Origin: Cenarchaeum sp.
Lineage (GTDB): Archaea; Thermoproteota; Nitrososphaeria; Nitrososphaerales; Nitrosopumilaceae
Assembly (NCBI GenBank): GCA_965206845.1
Contig: OZ242221.1
Coordinates: 352,001 to 416,000 of the forward strand
Reading direction: 5' to 3'
Length of the DNA: 64,000 nucleotides
Within the stretch, counting starts at the first letter, position 1, and every line of letters begins with the position of its first letter. Positions 27,210 through 38,518 of this stretch are shown one piece after another. The translations under genes were made by a program, and so were the position numbers. The notes below the pieces were generated by a model, which saw only the letters and a program-made list of their open reading frames with translations, did not search any database and was not told the DNA's origin.

Positions 27210-29980
27210 CGGCTCATGAATTTTTTCAGGTACTTGCCCGTGTAGCTTCCCGGCGATGCAGATATCTGCTCCGGGGTTCCTGTGGCAACCACCCGGCCGC
27301 CCTCAAGGCCGCCCTCGGGGCCCAGGTCTATGACCCAGTCCGAGTTTCCTATAACGTCCATGTTGTGCTCTATCACAACCGCGGTGTTTCCCAGGTTTAC
27401 CAGCCGGTTGATGACCTCCAGCAGCTTCTGAACGTCCGCAAAGTGCAGGCCGGTCGTCGGCTCGTCCAGTATGTACATCGTCCTTCCCGTGTCCGTCTTT
27501 GAGAGCTCCGCTGCCAGCTTTACCCTCTGGGCCTCGCCGCCGGACAGCGTGGTGGAGGACTGGCCCAGCTTGATGTACCCAAGGCCCACGTCGTATATGG
27601 TCTGCATCTTTTTTCTGATCGAGGGCACGTTCTCAAAGAACTTGATGGCCTCATCCACCGTCATGCCCAGCACGTCAGATACGTTCTTCCCCTTGTACCG
27701 CACCATCAGGGTCTCTGAGTTGTACCTCTTGCCGTGGCACCGGTCGCACTGCACGTACACGTCTGAGAGGAACTGCATCTCGATCCGCTTCAGGCCGTTT
27801 CCCTCGCACTCAAAGCACCTTCCCGCATCCACGTTAAAGGAGAACTGGCTTATCGTGTACCCCATCTCCTTTGCCCTGCCGGTCTTGGCAAAGATCTGCC
27901 GGATGGGCGTAAAGGCGCCTATGTATGTGGCGGGGTTGGATCGCGGCGTCCTGCCGATGGGAGACTGGTCGATTGCAATGATCCTGTCTATGTTGCCAAT
28001 ACCCAGAATCCGGTCGTGCTTGCCCGGTATCCTTCTCTTGTCGTGGAGCTTGTACTCGAGCGACTTTAGCAGGATCTCGTTTACGAGTGATGACTTGCCA
28101 GAGCCGGACACTCCGGTGACCACGATAAAGAGCCCCAGGGGAAACTCGACGTCGATGGACTTGAGGTTGTTTACGGCCGCCCCCTCGACCAGGATGCTGC
28201 CGTTCTGCCGCCTTGTCCGCTCCTTGAGGGTTATCACTTCCTTGCCGTTGAGGTACCTGCCAGTAATCGAGCTGTCGCTGCCGAGCATCTTCTGGACGGT
28301 TCCCTCAAAGACTATCCTGCCGCCGTTTACCCCGGCCCGCGGTCCCAGGTCTATGATCCAGTCCGAGCTCCGTATCACCTCCTCGTCGTGCTCGACCACG
28401 ATTATGGTGTTTCCCAGATCCCGCAGCTTGGCCAGCGTCCTGATGAGCCTGGCGTTGTCCCTCTGGTGCAGGCCGACGGTGGGCTCGTCTAGGACGTACA
28501 GGACACCGGTGAGGTTTGAGCCTATCTGCGTCGCCAGCCTGATCCTCTGGGACTCGCCTCCCGACAGCGAGGAGCTGGACCGGCCCAGGGTGAGGTAGTC
28601 AAGCCCCACGTTTCGCAGAAACTCCAGCCTGCCCCTGATCTCCTTTAGGACGTCCCGGGCGATGTACTGCTCCGTGTCAGACAGGTTTATGGTGGAAAAA
28701 AAGTCATAGCACTGATCCACGGGCAGATCGCAGACGTCCATTATCCCCATGCCGCCGACCGTTACCGCCCGCGCCTCTGCATTGAGCTTTTTTCCGTTGC
28801 AGGTATCGCATGGGATGTCCATCATCAGGTGGTCCAGCCGGTCCCTGCCCATTCCGTAGTAGCTGCTCGCATGCAGCCTGTACAGGCAGTCAAATATGCC
28901 CATGTATGTACCCGACAGGCCGCGTCTGGCATCAGAGCCGTGAAGCAGCAGGTCCAGCTGCTTGGCGGCCATCTTCCTTATGGGCATGTTCATCTTGATA
29001 CCGGCAGCCTTCAGGGTACGGCGCAGTGCTGAACCAAACGAGTCCACAAGGTAGTCCCACGGGACTATGGCCCCCTCAAGGATGGACTTGGAATCATCCG
29101 GAATTATCAGATCCCGGTGAAACACCCGGGAGTGTCCCAGGCCGTTGCACTCCTTGCACATCCCAAACGGGGAGTTGAACGAGAACGAGCGCGGCTCAAG
29201 TGTGCCGATGCTGATCTTGCACTTGGGGCAGGCATTGTTCTGGGAGAATATGCGGTCGTCTGCCTCTGCTGATATCATCACGTAGCCCTTGGCCGCCCTC
29301 AGTGCTGTCCCCACGGACTCGAACAGCCTGGACCGCTCTGACTTTTCTGCGGTCAGGCGATCCACGACAATCTCGACGTTGTGCCACTTTTGCTTGTCTA
29401 GGGGTGGCATCTCCCCGTCAAGCGGCACAATGCTGCCGTCCACCCGTATCCGGGAGTAGCCGTCCTTTTTGATCGACTCAAAGAGCCAGTCATATGTCCC
29501 CTTTTTGTGCTGCACCACGGGCGCCAGCACAAGCACCTGCCGGCCCTGAAACTCCTTGAGGACCGTATCGCAGATTGCCTCGACTGACTGGCTGGATATC
29601 ACCCCGCCGCACCGGATGCAGTGCGGTATGCCCACCCGCGCGTACAGCAGCCTCATGTAATCATAAATCTCCGTGACGGTTCCCACCGTGGAGCGGGGGT
29701 TCTTGCTGGTGGTCTTCTGCTGTATCGATATTGCGGGGGAGAGTCCGTCGATCGAGTCCACATCCGGCTTGTCCATCATCTCAAGGAACTGGCGCGCGTA
29801 CGCCGACAGGGACTCGACGTACCTTCGCTGGCCCTCTGCGTACAGGGTGTCAAAGGCAAGGGTGGACTTGCCAGAGCCAGACAGGCCGCTGATTACAACC
29901 AGCCTGTTCTTTGGTATGTCCACATCAATGTTCTTCAGGTTGTGCTGCCTGGCGCCGCGGATCTTTACCTTATCTTCCAT
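27206..29980 (-). CDS. uvrA: Excinuclease ABC subunit A
   Basis: GARQHNLKN, GLSGSGKS, LSGGESQRIRLA, GVSGSGKS, LSGGEAQRVKLA. Confidence 0.95.
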   Translation of the reverse strand: MEDKVKIRGARQHNLKNIDVDIPKNRLVVISGLSGSGKSTLAFDTLYAEGQRRYVESLSAYARQFLEMMDKPDVDSIDGLSPAISIQQKTTSKNPRSTVGTVTEIYDYMRLLYARVGIPHCIRCGGVISSQSVEAICDTVLKEFQGRQVLVLAPVVQHKKGTYDWLFESIKKDGYSRIRVDGSIVPLDGEMPPLDKQKWHNVEIVVDRLTAEKSERSRLFESVGTALRAAKGYVMISAEADDRIFSQNNACPKCKISIGTLEPRSFSFNSPFGMCKECNGLGHSRVFHRDLIIPDDSKSILEGAIVPWDYLVDSFGSALRRTLKAAGIKMNMPIRKMAAKQLDLLLHGSDARRGLSGTYMGIFDCLYRLHASSYYGMGRDRLDHLMMDIPCDTCNGKKLNAEARAVTVGGMGIMDVCDLPVDQCYDFFSTINLSDTEQYIARDVLKEIRGRLEFLRNVGLDYLTLGRSSSSLSGGESQRIRLATQIGSNLTGVLYVLDEPTVGLHQRDNARLIRTLAKLRDLGNTIIVVEHDEEVIRSSDWIIDLGPRAGVNGGRIVFEGTVQKMLGSDSSITGRYLNGKEVITLKERTRRQNGSILVEGAAVNNLKSIDVEFPLGLFIVVTGVSGSGKSSLVNEILLKSLEYKLHDKRRIPGKHDRILGIGNIDRIIAIDQSPIGRTPRSNPATYIGAFTPIRQIFAKTGRAKEMGYTISQFSFNVDAGRCFECEGNGLKRIEMQFLSDVYVQCDRCHGKRYNSETLMVRYKGKNVSDVLGMTVDEAIKFFENVPSIRKKMQTIYDVGLGYIKLGQSSTTLSGGEAQRVKLAAELSKTDTGRTMYILDEPTTGLHFADVQKLLEVINRLVNLGNTAVVIEHNMDVIGNSDWVIDLGPEGGLEGGRVVATGTPEQISASPGSYTGKYLKKFMSR

Positions 29981-31923
29981 GCCCCTTCCTCTCGATTGCC
30001 TTGCTTATTCTCCGGATCTCGTCCCTGTACTCTATGGCCCCCTCAAAGTCCAGCTCCTGCGCGCACATCTCCATCTGCGCATCCATGTTTACGATATCTG
30101 CGGAGAGGTCGTGCGTGGACTTGATCTTGATGTCATCAACCTCGGTCACCTGCTCAGGTATGGACTTTGTGATGGTTTGCGGCGTGATGCCGTGCCTCCG
30201 GTTGTACTCCGCCTGCCTTGCGCGCCTCCTATCGGTCTCGGCCACTGCCGTCTTCATGGAACGCGTGACCGTATCTGCGTACATGATGACCGCGCCGGCG
30301 TCGTTTCTTGCAGCCCTCCCAAAGGTCTGAATCAGGCTGGTGTTGTTGCGCAAGAATCCCTCCTTGTCGGCATCCAGTATTGCCACCAGGGAGACCTCTG
30401 GAATGTCCAGGCCCTCCCTGAGCAGGTTGATTCCCACCAGCACGTCAAACTCGCCCAGCCGCAGCTGCCTGATGAGCTCCGTCCTCTTGAGGCCCTCAAT
30501 TTCTGAGTGCAGGTACCGCACCCTCACGTCATGCCTGGAGAGGTACTCGGCCAGATCCTCTGCCATTCTCTTGGTCAGCGTGGTCACCAGCACCCGCTCG
30601 TTCCTCTGCACCCTCTTTTGAATCTCGGCGATCAGATCGTCCATCTGATCCCCGGTGGGCCTTATCTCCACCGAAGGGTCCACCAGCCCCGTGGGGCGCA
30701 CCAGCTGCTCTGCTATCCGATAGGAGCGCTCCCGCTCATAGTCGCCGGGCGTGGCAGAGACAAATATCGCGTTTTTCATGTATCCTTCAAACTCCTCAAA
30801 CTTTAGCGGCCTGTTGTCAAAGGCGCTGGGCAGCCGAAAGCCGTACGTCACGAGATGCTCCTTTCTTGAGCGATCGCCCTTGTACATCCCGTGCAGCTGG
30901 GGCAGCGTGACGTGCGACTCGTCTATTACCAGGAGGTAGTCGTCGCCAAAAAAGTCCAGCAGGCAGAACGCCGGCTGGCCGGGACTTCGCCCGTCAAAGT
31001 GCCGGGAGTAGTTCTCTATTCCGGAGCAGTACCCCAGCTCCTGGATCATCTCAAGGTCGTGACTTGTTCTCATCTCCAGGCGCTGGCGTTCCAGCTCCCG
31101 CAGCTCCGGGAGCCTCTCCTGTAGCTCCTGGCTGATCGAGCCGAGCGCCCTGTCCCGGACATCGCTGGCAATGAGGTAGTGCTTGGCAGGAAATATCTTG
31201 AACTGGGACACCTGCCTTCTCTCATGGGACGCCATGTTGTCAAGTATGCTTATCTTCTCTATCTCGTCGCCGAACATGGAGATCCGCACTATGTCGCTGG
31301 AGTAGGCGGGCACCACGTCTATGGTGTCCCCCCGGACACGGAAGTTGCCCGGCGCGACCTCGGTGTCGTTTCGCTCGTACCTGGCATTTAGCAGTCCGGC
31401 GATGAGATCCCGCCGGCTGATCCTCTGGCTTTGGCGTATGATGACAGACATCTGATCCCAGTCCGCTGGGTTTCCCAGGGAGTAGATGCACGACACGGTG
31501 GCAACAACGATGGTGGGCTCGTCGGAGAGCAGCATGGCGGTGGTCTCCAGCCGCATCTTCTCTATCTTCTCGTTTATCTGCGTGTCCTTCTCAATGTAGG
31601 TATCGGTCTGGGGCATGTAGCTCTCCGGCTGGTAGTAGTCATAGTATGACACAAAGTAGCCCACGTTGTTCTCCGGAAAGAACTGCCTCAGTTCGGAGTA
31701 GAGCTGCGCGGCCAGGGTCTTGTTGTGTGATATCACAAGCGTGTTCTTGCCGGTTCTGGCAATCACGTTTGCCACCGTAAACGTCTTTCCGCTGCCGGTC
31801 ACGCCCAGCAGGGTCTGGTTCCTTCCCTGCTTTGACGCCGCGGACCAGGGACTCGATGGCCTGGGGCTGGTCCCCGGTGGGGGCAAACTCAGAGACCAGC
31901 TTGAATGGGCGGTTGCGAGTCAA
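29970..31923 (-). pseudogene. uvrB: Excinuclease ABC subunit B with a frameshift near codon 31 (real lesion or sequencing error)
   Basis: N-terminal FKLVSEFAPTGDQPQAI is in one frame, QTLLGVTGSGKT and the rest in another; junction GCAGGGAAGGAAC at about 31818-31830. Confidence 0.85.
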
Positions 31924-31962
31924 TGCGCAGGCGGGGAGCAAAACTAGATTTAAAGCATCATG

Positions 31963-32595
31963 TCACCAGACCGGCTCGTCGATCATCTCAAGCTTGCCGC
32001 CTGCAACCGCAAACCCCATCACCTTCAGCGTCTCCTCGGCGGTCTGGCTTGAGCGCTTGAGGATCTTCTCTGCAAGCTCCGTTCGGGCCCGCGCCGCAAG
32101 CGTCTGGCCTATCTTGTACTTTCCCCGGACGGACACGGGGGATACGCGTATTACGGCCACGTGATCCAGCACGGACATCGGCGGAGTGATGGGGGTGTAT
32201 CCGCCCTCCGGCTGGTACTTCTCCATCAGGCCGTTTAGAGCCCGGGACTTTTCGGCGAGGTCAGATACGATGTGCGCCGCCCCCTTGATCACCACGCTGA
32301 CGTACAGGGTGTCTGCCAGGGAGGCGTCGTGGGGATCCTCAAAGTACGAGGGCAGAAACTCCAGCTCCCGGTCCACCTCGAATCCCGCCTTTGGGTTTCG
32401 CCTTATGTTGTCCAGCTTCTCGCCCCTGATATGCGAGTGCAGGTAGATGAACCCGTCAAGGAACACAAAGTTCATGGGAATTACCTGCGGGTAGCCGCGC
32501 TCGTCCATGGTGGCAATCCTGCCCACATGCTCGGTGTTGAGGAAACGGGCAATCCGTTCCGGAGATTTAATCTCCAGCTTTCCCAGTAGCTGCAT
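31963..32595 (-). CDS. Pyridoxamine 5'-phosphate oxidase-like flavin-nucleotide-binding protein
   Basis: VGRIATMDERGYPQVIPMNFV, IYLHS...GEKLDNIRRNPKAGFEVD, YVSVVIKG. Confidence 0.8.
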   Translation of the reverse strand: MQLLGKLEIKSPERIARFLNTEHVGRIATMDERGYPQVIPMNFVFLDGFIYLHSHIRGEKLDNIRRNPKAGFEVDRELEFLPSYFEDPHDASLADTLYVSVVIKGAAHIVSDLAEKSRALNGLMEKYQPEGGYTPITPPMSVLDHVAVIRVSPVSVRGKYKIGQTLAARARTELAEKILKRSSQTAEETLKVMGFAVAGGKLEMIDEPVW

Positions 32596-32763
32596 GGTCT
32601 TTGGTCTGCCGCGCCTGCCATAAATTTAGCTCCCACATATGGATACAAGTGGCATGGAGGAGTACGCATCCCACCATACCCGATACGGGATCACACAGGT
32701 GCCGGATCCAGAACCAAACATCGTCTGAAAACGTTTTAATCACAAGGAGCGACTTTTGTTCCT

Positions 32764-34035
32764 GTGAACATAACTGAGAAGATACTGGCACGGGCATCCG
32801 GCAGGGACCGCGTGGTCCCCGACGACGTCATATTTGCAGATGTGGACAGGGTGATGGTCCACGACGTTTCGGGGCCCGGCGTGCTCAAGGTGTTTGAGAG
32901 GCTAAGGGAGCAGGGCATACCAGTAGACAGGCTCAAGGATCCCTCCAAGGTGTGGGTCGCAGAGGACCACTTTGTCCCCTCGGCCGACAAGATATCAGCG
33001 GAGAACATAGTCAAGCTGTCCAACTTTACAAGGGAGTACGGCATCGAGAAGCACTTCCGGTACGGCATGGGCCAGTACGGAATATGCCACACGCTCTCGC
33101 ACGAGGAGGCGCTAGTCCTTCCCGGCCAGGTGTACGTGGGCGGCGACTCGCACACCAACACCACTGGGGCCTTGGGCGCCTTTGCATGCGGCCTCGGACA
33201 CACAGACGTGGCGTACGTCCTGCTAAACGGCAGAATCTGGTTCAAGGTACCAGAGACGCTATACTTTCAGATAAACGGCAGGCTGCCGGATCACGTAATG
33301 GCCAAGGACCTGATCCTGAGGATAATCGGCGAGATCGGGACCGACGGCGGGGCGTACAGAGCGATGCAGTTTGGGGGCAGCGGGGTGGAGAACATGTCAG
33401 TGGAGGGAAGGCTCACCCTGACCAACATGACCACCGAGGCAGGCGCCAAGAACGGAATCATCGAGCCGGACCAAAAGGTCTACGACTACTTGGACGGACA
33501 CGGCGCCGCGAGCTACACCCCCGTACACGGGGACGGTGACGCCGAGTATGCCAGGGTGTACGAGTACGAGGCAGAAGAGCTTGAGCCCGTTGTCGCAGAG
33601 CCGTTCTCCCCTGCGAACATATCCGTGGTAAGGGAGGCGCCGTCCACGCCCCTGGACAAGGCATACATCGGATCCTGCACCGGCGCCAAGATGGAGGACC
33701 TGGAGGCAGCGGCAAGGGTGCTCAAGGGAAAGACCGTAAAGATAAGAACAGAGGTCCTGCCAGCGGCAATCTCGATATACAAGAGGGCGGCCGACAGCGG
33801 ACTGCTGAAGATATTCCTTGATGCCGGAGCCGTGGTGGGCCCGCCGACCTGCGGCGCATGCTGCGGCGCGCACATGGGGGTCCTGGCAAAGGGCGAGGTG
33901 TGCATCAGCACCACCAACAGGAACTTTCCCGGGCGCATGGGGCATGTCGAGTCCAGGACGTACCTGGCGTCGCCCCAGGTGACTGCCGCATCGGCGGTGA
34001 CCGGCAGGATAACTGACCCGAGGGATCTGGATTGA
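32764..34035 (+). CDS. 3-isopropylmalate dehydratase/homoaconitase family large subunit (archaeal type)
   Basis: ITEKIL, GDSHTNT, YIGSCTG, PPTCGACCG, STTNRNFPGRMG. Confidence 0.9.
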   Translation: MNITEKILARASGRDRVVPDDVIFADVDRVMVHDVSGPGVLKVFERLREQGIPVDRLKDPSKVWVAEDHFVPSADKISAENIVKLSNFTREYGIEKHFRYGMGQYGICHTLSHEEALVLPGQVYVGGDSHTNTTGALGAFACGLGHTDVAYVLLNGRIWFKVPETLYFQINGRLPDHVMAKDLILRIIGEIGTDGGAYRAMQFGGSGVENMSVEGRLTLTNMTTEAGAKNGIIEPDQKVYDYLDGHGAASYTPVHGDGDAEYARVYEYEAEELEPVVAEPFSPANISVVREAPSTPLDKAYIGSCTGAKMEDLEAAARVLKGKTVKIRTEVLPAAISIYKRAADSGLLKIFLDAGAVVGPPTCGACCGAHMGVLAKGEVCISTTNRNFPGRMGHVESRTYLASPQVTAASAVTGRITDPRDLD

Positions 34036-34520
34036 GGGGCGGCGTCATCAAGTATGCGCAGGACAACATAGACACGGACGTCATAATACCAGGCATGTAC
34101 CTCAAGATTCACGACTATGCGGAGCTTGCTACGCATGCCATGGAGGGGCTGGATCCCGACTTTCACTCCAAGGTGAAGAAGGGGGACTTTGTGCTTGCGG
34201 GGAAGAACTTTGGATGCGGCTCGTCCCGGGAGCATGCGCCGATCGCGCTTGCCCATTCCGGAATCCAGGCGGTGCTGGCGCTCTCCTTTGCCAGGATATT
34301 TTACAGGAATGCGGTGGACGGCGCCTTTCTTCTCCCCATCGAGGTGGACGAGTCCACGTACTCGGCAATCTCCCAGGGCGACGAGCTTGAGATCGACACC
34401 GCAACATCCAGGATACGCAACATCACAAGGAACGAGACCTACAGGATGAAGCCGTTTCCGGACATAATTGCCAAGATCGTGGCAGCGGGCGGGCTCTTCA
34501 AGTTCAGGCCCGAGGAGTAG
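34032..34520 (+). CDS. 3-isopropylmalate dehydratase/homoaconitase family small subunit
   Basis: DNIDTDVIIPG, NFGCGSSREHA, SFARIFYRN. Confidence 0.9.
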   Translation: MRGGVIKYAQDNIDTDVIIPGMYLKIHDYAELATHAMEGLDPDFHSKVKKGDFVLAGKNFGCGSSREHAPIALAHSGIQAVLALSFARIFYRNAVDGAFLLPIEVDESTYSAISQGDELEIDTATSRIRNITRNETYRMKPFPDIIAKIVAAGGLFKFRPEE

Positions 34521-34523
34521 ACC

Positions 34524-35927
34524 ATGGCGAGGACGCTCTTTGGTAAGATATGGGACGCGCACGTAGTGGCAGACGGTCGCCCGTCACTCCTGTACATAGA
34601 CAGGCACCTGGTACATGAGGTGACCTCGCCGCAGGCGTTTGACGGGCTGCGCAAGAGCAACAGGGGCGTGCGGCGCCCGGACCTGACTGTGGCCACGGTG
34701 GATCACAACATACCGACGACCAACCGCTCCCTTCCCATAGCGGACCAGACGTCCCTCATACAGATACAGACCCTGGAGAGGAACTGCCGGGACTTTGGGA
34801 TCAGGCTGTTCGGGATGGGCAGCGCCGGCCAGGGTATCGTGCATGTCATAGGGCCACAGATGGGAATCACGCTGCCCGGCACCACCATCGTCTGCGGGGA
34901 CAGCCACACCTCGACGCACGGCGCCTTTGGCGCCTTGGCGCTGGGAATCGGAACGAGTGAGGTGGAGCATGTGCTGGCATCGCAGACCCTCTGGCTGGAG
35001 AGGCCGGAGCCCTTTGAGGTCGTGGTGACAGGAAAGAGGGGCCCCACCATAACCGCCAAGGACGTCATACTGTCCATAATAAGGAACATCGGCACCGCCG
35101 GCGGAACCGGCACGGTGATCGAGTACAGGGGATCCGGAATATCTGACATGTCCATGGAACAGAGGATGACCGTGTGCAACATGTCCATTGAGGCAGGAGC
35201 CCGCGCAGGCCTCATCGCCCCAGATGAGAAGACGTTCCGGTACCTGCGGGGCCGCAGGTACACGCCCGAGGACTATGAGGAGATGGTGGATGCATGGAGA
35301 CGGGATCTCACCACGGACTCCGGGGCCACGTTTGCAAAGTCATACACGATACACGCCGACGAGATCGCCCCCCAGGTGAGCTGGGGAACCAACCCCGCCA
35401 TGACCTGCGACGTCACCCAGTCGGTGCCGTTTCCCGAGGACTATGCCGGGGACGACCCCGGCCAGGTGCGCGGCGCAAAGAAGGCGCTGGAGTACATGGA
35501 CCTGAGGCCCGGCACCCCCATCACCGAGATCCCCGTGGACCGGGTCTTTATCGGCTCGTGCACCAACGCCCGGCTGGAGGATCTGATCGATGCCGCCCGC
35601 GCAGCCCGCGGCCGCAGGGTGGCCCCGGGTGTTGACGCAATGGTGGTGCCCGGCTCCCAGGACGTCAAAAGGCAGGCAGAGGAGATGGGCCTTGACAGGG
35701 TATTTCGGGACGCGGGCTTTGAGTGGCGCGAGTCCGGCTGCAGCATGTGCCTTGGGATGAACCCGGACATACTCGAACCCGGCCAGCGGTGCGCCAGTAC
35801 GTCAAACCGCAACTTTGAGGGCCGCCAGGGAGCCGGGGGAAGGACCCACCTGGTGAGCCCCGTGATGGCAGCGGCCGCCGCGGTAAGCGGGCACTTTGTG
35901 GACGTAAGAGAGATGGACCTGAACTGA
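34524..35927 (+). CDS. leuC: 3-isopropylmalate dehydratase large subunit (bacterial type)
   Basis: [53 protein letters not shown]. Confidence 0.95.
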   Translation: MARTLFGKIWDAHVVADGRPSLLYIDRHLVHEVTSPQAFDGLRKSNRGVRRPDLTVATVDHNIPTTNRSLPIADQTSLIQIQTLERNCRDFGIRLFGMGSAGQGIVHVIGPQMGITLPGTTIVCGDSHTSTHGAFGALALGIGTSEVEHVLASQTLWLERPEPFEVVVTGKRGPTITAKDVILSIIRNIGTAGGTGTVIEYRGSGISDMSMEQRMTVCNMSIEAGARAGLIAPDEKTFRYLRGRRYTPEDYEEMVDAWRRDLTTDSGATFAKSYTIHADEIAPQVSWGTNPAMTCDVTQSVPFPEDYAGDDPGQVRGAKKALEYMDLRPGTPITEIPVDRVFIGSCTNARLEDLIDAARAARGRRVAPGVDAMVVPGSQDVKRQAEEMGLDRVFRDAGFEWRESGCSMCLGMNPDILEPGQRCASTSNRNFEGRQGAGGRTHLVSPVMAAAAAVSGHFVDVREMDLN

Positions 35928-35928
35928 G

Positions 35929-36507
35929 ATGGAGCCCTTTGCAGAGATCCGCAGCACCGCGGTGTTGCTGGACAAGGTGAACGTGGACACGGACCAGATA
36001 GTGCCCAAGCAGTTCCTCAAGAGGGTGCAGAAGACCGGCTTCGGCAAGTGCCTCTTCTTTAACTGGCGCTTTGATCAGCAGGGCGCTCCAGATCCGGGAT
36101 TTGTCCTCAACGAGCCCCGGTACCGGGACTCGCAGATACTGGTAACCGGGGAGAACTTTGGGTGCGGCTCGTCCCGGGAGCACGCGGTGTGGGCCCTGCT
36201 GGACTACGGGTTCCGCGCGGTCATAGCCCCGTCCTTTGGCGACATCTTCTACAGCAACTGCTTCAAGAACGGCCTGCTGCCGATCAGGCTTGGCCGGGAC
36301 GAGATAGGCCGGCTCGGGGCCGGCACGATCCGCATCGACCTGGAGTCCCAGGAGATCACGTCCGGATCAGGCAGGATACCGTTCACAATAGACCCCCACA
36401 AGAAGAGGATACTGCTGGAAGGACTGGACGACATAGCCTTGACCCTCAGGCTGGAAGACAAGATATCAGACTATGAGCGGCGCACTAGGCTGCCATCCGT
36501 CGTATGA
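35929..36507 (+). CDS. leuD: 3-isopropylmalate dehydratase small subunit
   Basis: NVDTDQIVPKQFL, NFGCGSSREHAVWAL, LLEGLDDI. Confidence 0.95.
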   Translation: MEPFAEIRSTAVLLDKVNVDTDQIVPKQFLKRVQKTGFGKCLFFNWRFDQQGAPDPGFVLNEPRYRDSQILVTGENFGCGSSREHAVWALLDYGFRAVIAPSFGDIFYSNCFKNGLLPIRLGRDEIGRLGAGTIRIDLESQEITSGSGRIPFTIDPHKKRILLEGLDDIALTLRLEDKISDYERRTRLPSVV

Positions 36508-37204
36508 TCCCGCTGGCAAGGGAGGCGTTTCTCTCCAGGGTCGCAGGCGAGCCGACATCCATCCAGTCCTCGTCCGTGTTGTAGGCGCTCACGCCGCCCC
36601 GCTGCGCCAGCCCCTGCAGTATGTCATAGGACAGGTTGACGCTGCCCTGCACCTGCCTTATCATCGGAAGGATCCCAGTCGAGAGGATGTATATCCCCAG
36701 GCACTCTGCCATGGGCAGCCGCACCGTGGGCTTTTCGCTGAAGCTTCGCACCATGCCGTCGGCCACGTCGGCAAAGCCGGTCTCCTCCCTCCTGCTGGTC
36801 CGGGTTGCGATGCATGCGAGGCCGCCCTTCTCTTGAAAGTGCGACAGCATTGCGGATATGTCCAGCGCGCACAGGTTGTCCACAAACCATAGCAGGAACT
36901 CCTGCGACCCCTCCAAGGCCTGCTGGGCGTGAAGCAGGTCCCCGCCGGTGCCGGACTGGGAGTCCTGGACCAGCGTGATCCCTTTTTTGCGGCGGGAGCC
37001 CTCCAGGTAGTTCCTTATCTGGCCGCCCAGCCCCTCAAAGTCAGATATTATGATCACCCCGTCGATCACGTCTGAGGCGCAGACGTGATCCAGGATGTAG
37101 TCGATCAGCGGCCGGTTGCCCACTGGGAACATGGCCTTGGGGATGTAGTCGGTGTACGGCTTTCCCCGGGTGCCACTGCCACCGGCTAAAATTACCGCCT
37201 TCAC
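36485..37204 (-). CDS. Sugar-phosphate nucleotidyltransferase family protein
   Basis: MKAVILAGGSGTR..PK, FSEKP, WMDVGS. Confidence 0.85.
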   Translation of the reverse strand: MKAVILAGGSGTRGKPYTDYIPKAMFPVGNRPLIDYILDHVCASDVIDGVIIISDFEGLGGQIRNYLEGSRRKKGITLVQDSQSGTGGDLLHAQQALEGSQEFLLWFVDNLCALDISAMLSHFQEKGGLACIATRTSRREETGFADVADGMVRSFSEKPTVRLPMAECLGIYILSTGILPMIRQVQGSVNLSYDILQGLAQRGGVSAYNTDEDWMDVGSPATLERNASLASGIIRRMAA

Positions 37205-37207
37205 GCC

Positions 37208-37657
37208 CTAACGGTAGGACTTTTGCTTTCGTCTTCTTGCACCGGGGCCGCCGAACTTTTTGGGTTCCTTCATCCTGGCGTCGCCGCTGATCAGATACTT
37301 GTCATATACCGAGATTCTCTTTCGCAGGTCTTCCCTGATGGATTTGGGAAACGGGTGATCCCTGGGCTCCTTCTTGCTCTTGGTCCAGCCTGTTAGCGCC
37401 CGAGATATGGCAGTCGCCACGGCGCTGGCCTGCCCCGAGTGGCCGCCGCCCCTTACCCGGACAGATATGTTCACCCTGGTTCTGAGGTCTCCTGCTATCT
37501 CCAGCGGAGCCAGGATTGCTTCCCGGGACATCTCGTGTCCGATCATCTCCACCGGCACGTTGTTTATCCTGATCCTGCCGTTGCCCTTGGTTATGTAGAC
37601 GTGGGCGCTGGCAGTCTTTCTTGTTGCAAAGTAGATCTCCGTCTTGGGCGTGGTCAT
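37208..37657 (-). CDS. rps9: 30S ribosomal protein S9
   Basis: RKTASA, VRGGG, KEPKKFGGPGARRRKQKSYR; ATGA overlap with rpl13. Confidence 0.95.
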   Translation of the reverse strand: MTTPKTEIYFATRKTASAHVYITKGNGRIRINNVPVEMIGHEMSREAILAPLEIAGDLRTRVNISVRVRGGGHSGQASAVATAISRALTGWTKSKKEPRDHPFPKSIREDLRKRISVYDKYLISGDARMKEPKKFGGPGARRRKQKSYR

Positions 37658-38097
37658 TCGGTCCACCCCACTGTTCGTCCAAGCTCCGCCATAGTGACAT
37701 AGTCTGCTGCCGGCCTTTTGATCTTTGCCTTGTCAAACTGTGTCTTCTTTGTGGTCTTGAGCGGCTTTGGGACCCCGATGTACGCGCGCAGCCTCTTGTG
37801 GGCCTCGATTCCCGATGTCTTGGTCCTGGGCAGCATTCCGCGGACCATTCGCGTAATTATGGTGTCAGGCCGCCTGGGATGAAACGGGCCGTGCTTTGGG
37901 TTTATGATGCTGCCGATCTCCAGAAATTTCTTGTACTCCCCGACTATGTTTCTCCTGCTTCCGCTGAGCATGATGTTCTCGCAGTTCACTAGCGAGACCC
38001 TGTTGCCCTGAAGAAGCTGCTTTGCGGTGAAGGATGCCAGCCTTCCGGCCACGTGATCCGTTGCGTCAACCACCAAGTGGCTCATGCCGGATATCAT
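37654..38097 (-). CDS. rpl13: 50S ribosomal protein L13
   Basis: VVDATDHVAGRLAS, GPFHPRRPD, VRGMLP; exact start uncertain. Confidence 0.93.
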   Translation of the reverse strand: MISGMSHLVVDATDHVAGRLASFTAKQLLQGNRVSLVNCENIMLSGSRRNIVGEYKKFLEIGSIINPKHGPFHPRRPDTIITRMVRGMLPRTKTSGIEAHKRLRAYIGVPKPLKTTKKTQFDKAKIKRPAADYVTMAELGRTVGWTE

Positions 38098-38130
38098 TGC
38101 ACAGCCTCCTTATCTGCTGACATGACGGCG

Positions 38131-38478
38131 CTACCCAAGCAGAACTACCCCCTTGCCTGTGGGAAACTGGCCCACCATCTCCCGGTATCCCTGAATGCTT
38201 CCGCCCGAGGCAAGAACCTTCTGCGCGGCCGTGCGGGATATGGAAAACGAGCACAGTGTAATCTTGTGGGAGATTGCGCCGGTGCCCAGGACCTTGCCTG
38301 CAAAGAAGACGGCGTCACCTTCGCGGGTAAGCTTGCTCATCTTGTTGAGGTTGATGGTTCTTCTTGCTGCCGACGGCTTGAGCGCCTCGCGGGAGAGCCT
38401 GGACCAGATGGGCGCGTCGTTGCTTCTAGACGCCTTTCTGAGCTCCCTTGCCATGGTAAATACAGTCTGGCTAGCCAT
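38131..38478 (-). CDS. rpl18e: 50S ribosomal protein L18e
   Basis: APIW, RRTINLNK, GKVLGTG, PTGKGV. Confidence 0.92.
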   Translation of the reverse strand: MASQTVFTMARELRKASRSNDAPIWSRLSREALKPSAARRTINLNKMSKLTREGDAVFFAGKVLGTGAISHKITLCSFSISRTAAQKVLASGGSIQGYREMVGQFPTGKGVVLLG

Positions 38479-38518
38479 CAGAATGAACTCCCTGTGCACC
38501 CAAATATAATATGCATGC

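Noticed and set aside
32764-36507. Two tandem LeuC/LeuD-type pairs
   Set aside because: Explained by paralogous isopropylmalate and homoaconitate/citramalate dehydratases, which is common in archaea.
38066-38130. Possible indels at the rpl13 5' end (short upstream MSADKEAVQ frame)
   Set aside because: The conserved core is intact from an in-frame ATG, so the evidence for a frameshift is too weak.
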